Below, piece by piece: positions 44,609 to 50,456 of a stretch of DNA of 50,456 bases. Each line of letters starts with the position of its first letter. Position 1 is the stretch's first letter. Position numbers and translations under genes: made by a program. The notes beneath the pieces were generated by a model, which worked only from the letters and a program-made list of their open reading frames with translations, did no database searches and was not told the DNA's origin. The DNA comes from Eledone cirrhosa (Eukaryota): contig CAXHJY010000174.1 of the NCBI GenBank assembly GCA_964016885.1, forward strand, positions 1 through 50,456. Reading direction: 5' to 3'.

Positions 44609-44796
44609 GGTGGATTGGCAGTATCGGTGGAGGGTCGGACGCCATGCTTTCCAGCATAGTTACGTCCCTTTACGATCTGAGTTCAAATCCCGCCAAGGTT
44701 GACTTTGCCTTTCATCCTTACGGGGTCGATAAAATAAAGTACCAGTAATGCACTGGGTAATTGCTGGCCTTGTGCCTAAAGTAGAAACAATTATTA
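44609..44796 (+). mobile_element. SINE family A, complete copy with 18-bp target duplication
   Basis: A box TGGCAGTATCGG, B box GAGTTCAAATCC; ATTATTATTCAATCTAAC at 44591-44608 and 44790-44807. Confidence 0.9.
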
Positions 44797-44913
44797 TTCA
44801 ATCTAACTCATATTTACATTTATGTATAAGGGGTCATGAATATATATATATATAAGTATAATAAACCTTTCAAGGATTTACACAAATCCAGCCTCCTGTC
44901 ATTTCATTATAAT

Positions 44914-44945
<32 letters not shown>

Positions 44946-44947
44946 TC

Positions 44948-45385
44948 ATAACCCTTTTGTTATAGTATTTCTAATGAAATACACTGCCTATGTGTTTCAA
45001 TAGATTTTGAAAATAATCAAATTCTTGTAAGAATTTAATAAAATAGCCAACTCTTTCATTAACAATGGTTTCTGATTTAAGCACAAGGCCAACAAATTCT
45101 GGGGAAGGGGAAATCGATTAAATCAACCCCCAGTACGTTAATGGTCCCATATTTTATCAAAGCTAACCTCGGTGGGATTTGAACTCAGAATATAAAGTGC
45201 TGTAACTATGTTGTAAAGCATGTTGTCTGGCGATCTATCAATACTGCCAGAGAACATTACTTAACAAAAATATATGAAATAAAATTATAATGGAATGATT
45301 TATATAAATATAAACATTTTAAAATGAACGTTCTTTTATCATAAATCCAAAACAGTTTCAGGTGGATTGGTATCAAAAGGGTTAA
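44948..45385 (+). mobile_element. TTAA/CCC-ended MITE copy with a nested minus-strand SINE (45061-45249)
   Basis: TAACCCTTTTGTTA...TTGGTATCAAAAGGGTTAA termini; internal GGGATTTGAACTCAG and ATACTGCCA. Confidence 0.7.
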
Positions 45386-47046
45386 ATTAAGCATACATTT
45401 ATAAAGTGAGATGGTTGTAATCAAGTAGTGTTATTGGTTAGAAAGTAATAGAAAGAAAATATTGTGGCTTTTCAGTTAGACTGACTGCAAATATCCATTT
45501 CACTCCTTGAATATCAACCCAGCTGAGACTGTCTGTGATCTGAGATTACCAACTCATCTGAATCACTCTGTAGTTTTCAAATTTAAATTAAAACCACTAC
45601 TAAAGAACCAATGAGAAAGCTTCTATGCAGTCACTCAACTAGGCAGAAATGGCAGTCAAATCTCCCTCAAATCACACTACATCTTAAAAAAGAAAGTCAT
45701 CCTGGATTCAGATAAAGCCATCCTGGATACACTATACCTAAAATAAATTTTAACAGGGTAGTCACAGTTGACCTGGAGATAACCTTTTCATTACAATATT
45801 TCTAATGAGAGAAACTGCCTATGATTTTCAAATAATTTAGTTTGACTTCATGGTATGGCATAGCATGGCATAGTATGATCTGGTATGGGCTGCTACATTA
45901 TGGTGTAGTGTGTAACAGGTCAAACAGTGTTCTGGATGGGAACCAAAGTCATCAACATTACCACCATCATTTTTAAGTCCGTTTTCTTTTTCTTTGCATG
46001 GGTTGAACAGGATGTTTTCAAGTAGAATTCTATGTCGGATGCCCCTCTTGGTGCCAAACCCTTTTTTGTCTTTATTAAGTAATGTACTGATATTCCCATA
46101 TCAAACGGCTGAGCAAAAGGGCTTTTGTTTATTCTGGACATAAACAAATATCAAATACAAGGTGAAAACAGACACACACATCATTTAGAGTCCATTTACC
46201 CTGCTAGCAACAGATGTTAAATGATGATGATAATGATGAGTATGTATACACACACTTTAGGCAACTATCTTCTGTGACTTCAATTTGACCAATGCCATGT
46301 GAATGGAATTTGGTAGACAGAAACTGCAAAAGCTCATTGTGTATATGTCCGTGTGCCTGTGTTTATGTTTATGTCCAATATCTTAGCAGTTTGATAAATA
46401 CTGGGATCAATATGATCAACTAAATCCCATTAAGATGGTGCCCCAGCATGCCTGCAGACTAATAATTGACACCAGTAAAAGAAGATAAAGAAAGAAAGAG
46501 ATTAAGTAGAAAAATAGAAAACTATCTTGTAAGAATTTTAATGAACTGAGAAATTTCCATTTAGATCACAAGAAAAATTCCTACATAGAAGTATAACATA
46601 TCCTAAAGTAGTTCTTATCTTTGAAGACAGTATATTGTAGAGTTAGAATGTTGGATTAATTGTTTCAATATTTGTTCCAGTTCTTTAAGCTCTAAATTCA
46701 AATCATGCTGATGTCAACTTCGTCCTTCATTCTTTTGGGGTTGATAAATAACTTATCAGCAAGGGTGAAAGGTTGGCAGAATTGTTAAAGAGTCGAATGA
46801 GATGCTGTGTGATATCTATTCCAAATCTGTGTATTCTGAATTCAAATACTACTTTATATTAGCGGAAAAGTGGTGACTCTTCTACCACGTGTTGCAACTA
46901 GTAGATAGTATCAGCAATGGAACAACCAATGAAAATAGCTTCCATGATTCTATCCGATGATCAATTCCTTTCCGCTTCTTTTTATACCAAATTGCTTGAA
47001 ACTGCGAATGGTTGGACGATTGAAAACTGTTTAATTTACAGTTTTT

Positions 47047-47360
47047 ATCATCATCATCACAGTTTAACGTCCATTTTACATGCTAGCATGGGTTAGACGA
47101 GTTGTTCCGTTGTGAGACAAGTCAGATCAGGTGAATGTGTCTTGTTCATAGAGAACTATTTCTGGTTTGGTTTCTATGGCTGGATGCTCTTCCTAACACT
47201 TTTACAATGTGCTTTTTATCGTGGCACCAAAATGACCAATTGACAGGTTGGACGAGGTACATTTTCATCCTGCCACCAGTACAACCACCTTACAGGTTTT
47301 ACTTGGTGCTTTTTGTTGTGTCACCAACACGACCACTTTACAATGTGGACTAGGTGCTTT
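47047..47360 (-). mobile_element. RTE-tail-derived non-autonomous fragment
   Basis: (CAT)n-CAGTTTAACGTCC...TGCTAGCATGGGTTAGAC...GGATGCTCTTCCTAACAC, plus ~50-bp subrepeats. Confidence 0.7.
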
Positions 47361-47389
47361 TATATTTATCTAAAAGCCTTCCATTATAA

Positions 47390-47577
47390 GGTGGATTGGC
47401 AGTATCAGTAGAGGGTCGGACACCATGCTTTGACGTATGGAGTTACGGCCCTTGCCATTCTGAGTTCAAATCCCACTGAGGTTAACTTTACCTTTCATCC
47501 TTACGGGGTTGATAAAATAAAGTACCAGTAATGCACTGGGTAATTGCTGGCCTTGTGCCAAAAGTAGAAACAATTAT
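47390..47577 (+). mobile_element. SINE family A, complete copy
   Basis: GGTGGATTGGCAGTATC...AAAAGTAGAAACAATTAT; ATTATAA on both sides; sits inside a minus-strand MITE copy. Confidence 0.88.
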
Positions 47578-47719
47578 AATCTAACGTAAGAACATTCATT
47601 AAGTTGTGTTCCAAACACCAGTTTAATAATGAGAAAGTTAATTATATTATCAAATTTCTCCAAATTCTTGATTATTTAAAAATTATTTGAAAATCAGTGT
47701 TTTTCATTAGAAATATAAC

Positions 47720-47852
47720 TGTTTCTACTTTAGGCACAAGGCATTACTGGTACTTTATTTTATCGACCATGTAAGGATGAAAGGCAAAGTCAACCTCGGC
47801 GGAATTTGAACTCAGATCGTAAAGGGACGTAACTATGCTGGAAAGCATGGCG
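47720..47852 (-). mobile_element. SINE family A, truncated copy
   Basis: CTGGTACTTTATTTTATCGACC..GTAAGGATGAAAGGCAAAGTCAACCTCGGCGG. Confidence 0.85.
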
Positions 47853-48360
47853 AAATATAACAAAACTTAAAATGAAAGTTGAATTCTACACCATCACCAC
47901 CACTACATACACACAAAATAAAATACTTTAATGTATTGGATCTTGTCATCTGATAAATACTGAGGACTTTAGATTCCATTTGAAGATTAAAATATAAAAA
48001 AAAAAATCCAGAAGGAGGCTATTTTGCTAGTAATCTTTTTTTTTTTTTAAGGGGACTCAGAAATAGACAGAATAGAAAGTATTCTATAGTCCCCCCACCC
48101 TCTCTCACTAAGAGAGAGAAAGAGAGAGAGAATTCCATATAAAAGAGACATTAAAAGGTCATAGTAGCAGACAAACACTAAATGTATTACTGATGTCAAC
48201 AGTTTTCTTCTGTGATTCATTGATGTTTGATAAAATATCAAATATGTCAGCCAGTTAACTGCTAACACTTGGTTAGAGCAGACAGCTTATATTTTTGATT
48301 AGATTTTATAAAATTATATTCTAGAATTGTCTTTTTCAACAGAAATCATTCCATATATAA

Positions 48361-48497
48361 TAATAATTGTTTCTACTTTTGACACAAGACCAGCAATTAT
48401 CCCAGTGCATTACTGGTACTTTATTTTATCGACCCTGTAAGGATGAAAGGCAAAGTTAACCTCGGCGGGATTTGAACTCAGACCATAAAAGGCTGTA
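48361..48497 (-). mobile_element. SINE family A, 5'-truncated copy
   Basis: Same core and tail on the minus strand. Confidence 0.85.
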
Positions 48498-49229
48498 GAT
48501 AATATCAGTTATCTTTGTAATAAATTAATACATTTACTGTCATGGTACAAAATACACGTCAAAGTCAATTTGCTTGAGGGTCTCATCTTTGTCTCTCTCT
48601 AAAGTGTTAATTCAACAGGTATTTTGTCTACAATCTCAAAAGGAATGACGCAGCTAACAGACAGAGTTCTTCATTAGAAGATATATTACAAGCTACTAAC
48701 AAGGCTAATTAGAAGACATTTTATCCACTTGGTAGGTTATCATTACTTTTAAGGACAACCCTTTTCATGACTGTATTTCTAATGAAAGTTACTGCCTATA
48801 ATTTTCAAATAATTTTGAAAATAATAAAAAATTTGAAGATTAAACTGGTGTTTGAAACATGTTAAACGTTTTTCTTCTTTACCCACTTATTCCTGGAAAA
48901 GTAATAGCAGCAGGGTCCCTGGATAAGCTTTCCAGAAGTGACCACCTCCAATTGATCCGGATGGGTTCCCAAGTGAGAACAACCAAATTCATGCACATCT
49001 TGGCTATATAAATGAACTTACTAACTGCTTCAAAGAAACTGTTATAGCATGTGGCATCTAAGTTACTTTTATTTTCTGATCCCTTTATGAATGAAGGGAT
49101 CCTAAAAATGTTGGTCCTCCAAGAAATTGTCTGAAATTATTTTCCATTGCAGTTCTTTACACACACACACACTACTTTTTATAGCTGTATTTGCACAATA
49201 CTGTTTCCTACTTACTCTTTATCGACAAA

Positions 49230-49443
49230 TTAACCCCTTTCAAACCAAACTGCTGAAATCCCTGGTTTTACTACGTGAAGTAAGTTATTTTTAAAACTTT
49301 ATATTTAACTAAAAATCTTCAATCATAATTTTATGTAAGAACCTTTAAGTTATGCCCCAAGCACCAGGTAAATCATGAGAAATTTATTTTACTAAATTCC
49401 TAGCTATTTGAAAATTATATGCAGTGCTTTCATTAGAAATATA
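49230..49443 (-). mobile_element. TTAA/CCC-ended MITE family copy
   Basis: TTAACCCCTTT start; CATAATTTTATGTAAGAACCTTTAAGTTATG and TTTCATTAGAAATAT blocks. Confidence 0.65.
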
Positions 49444-50456
49444 AGACATGTAGGCCTTAAACTTGGGTACCTTTAGCTTAGTTCACTATTGCAAATATAC
49501 AGAGCATTACACAATGTACATATATTGACCTACAGGTGCTCAAGCTGTGCATTACCAGTCAGGGAGAGGTGGGGGTCTGGAAAGGTTATTACATGACTGC
49601 ATCGCCTCTTCAAAAGAGAAACAAAAAACCTTTTTGTTTTGCAACCATGTAGTTCTGGGTTCAGTGTCTTCTATTATCACATCATGATGACCAATGCCTT
49701 GTGAGTGAAATTTGGAAGACAGTGTATGCATATGTTCTGTCACTTAGAGGTTCATTAAAAGATGATTAAAAAAATAAGAACCAGACTTGAAAAATAAGTA
49801 TTGGTGTTGGTTTGATCTTTTTAGCATAGAGCCAAGCATGCCCAGTCTAAAAACAGCCTGAAAACAGTATAAAAAAAAAACATTTTTAAACAGTCAAAAT
49901 GGACTCTTCTATTGATTTACAATTGAAATTCTAGCCTTGTTCATCTCCAGTTACATTGACTCAAACTTGTATCTTCTAAACATTTTAAATAGTTGTTTCG
50001 TTATTTCTTATCACAATAGCCTATAAAAACAGATTTTGTGCTGATTCACAAGCCATGACCCACCAATTTACTTAGTGAATGATAGTGAGATTTTCAATCA
50101 ACCAATGTGACAATAAATCAAAGTTGGTGAATAGAGACCACCATAGTTAGATTCGGACTGATATTGTGTTCAAAATTGCATTTGATTTGTTTCTGATATC
50201 AAATTATATGTAGCCTCTTTTCATAGTAATGAATCACACATTTATTCAATAAGACTAGGAGTAATTAGTTAAAATAAACAGGGTGATTTATATAAGATTA
50301 CATAATAGAGATTTTTTTTTTTTCTAGTTAAAAAAAAAAAAAATTTTTTTTTTAAAAATCAATATATGCATAAAGTAGTAATAGATTTTATTTGCTATTC
50401 CTAACATGTTAGAGTCCTAATTTTACCAAATAGTCTATCCATTTAGGATTTAAAAT

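Overview
Eukaryotic, repeat-saturated, AT-rich DNA with no host exon that I can support. The repeat complement (multi-kb (TA)n/TATATAC arrays, RTE LINEs with (ATG)n tails, tRNA-derived SINEs) suggests a cephalopod such as Octopus; this is inference. Nearly all long Y/I/C/M/H/T ORFs in the track are microsatellite artefacts. Real coding content is transposon-derived: a CR1/L2-group LINE 3' half (1-1337); two copies of an RTE family with a PHD finger inserted inside the RT (1453-3824 minus, 39066-42607 plus); a short fragment of a second RTE family (16435-16988); a near-intact RTE-BovB-like LINE with three C-terminal C2H2 fingers (17061-20937 minus); and a Penelope-like element (RT + GIY-YIG) present as a near-perfect 3.3-kb palindrome (12364-15637). 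There are also many SINEs, TTAA/CCC piggyBac-type MITEs and a mariner remnant. The most interesting unannotated signal is a set of type I hammerhead ribozyme motifs at five loci, three of them in inverted pairs. One is a non-coding 448-bp foldback whose hammerheads have an intact core and an unusually long (116-nt) stem II. These look like Penelope-derived, ribozyme-bearing, non-autonomous foldback elements that sit mostly in TA microsatellites. All structures were read by eye; no search or folding program was run.
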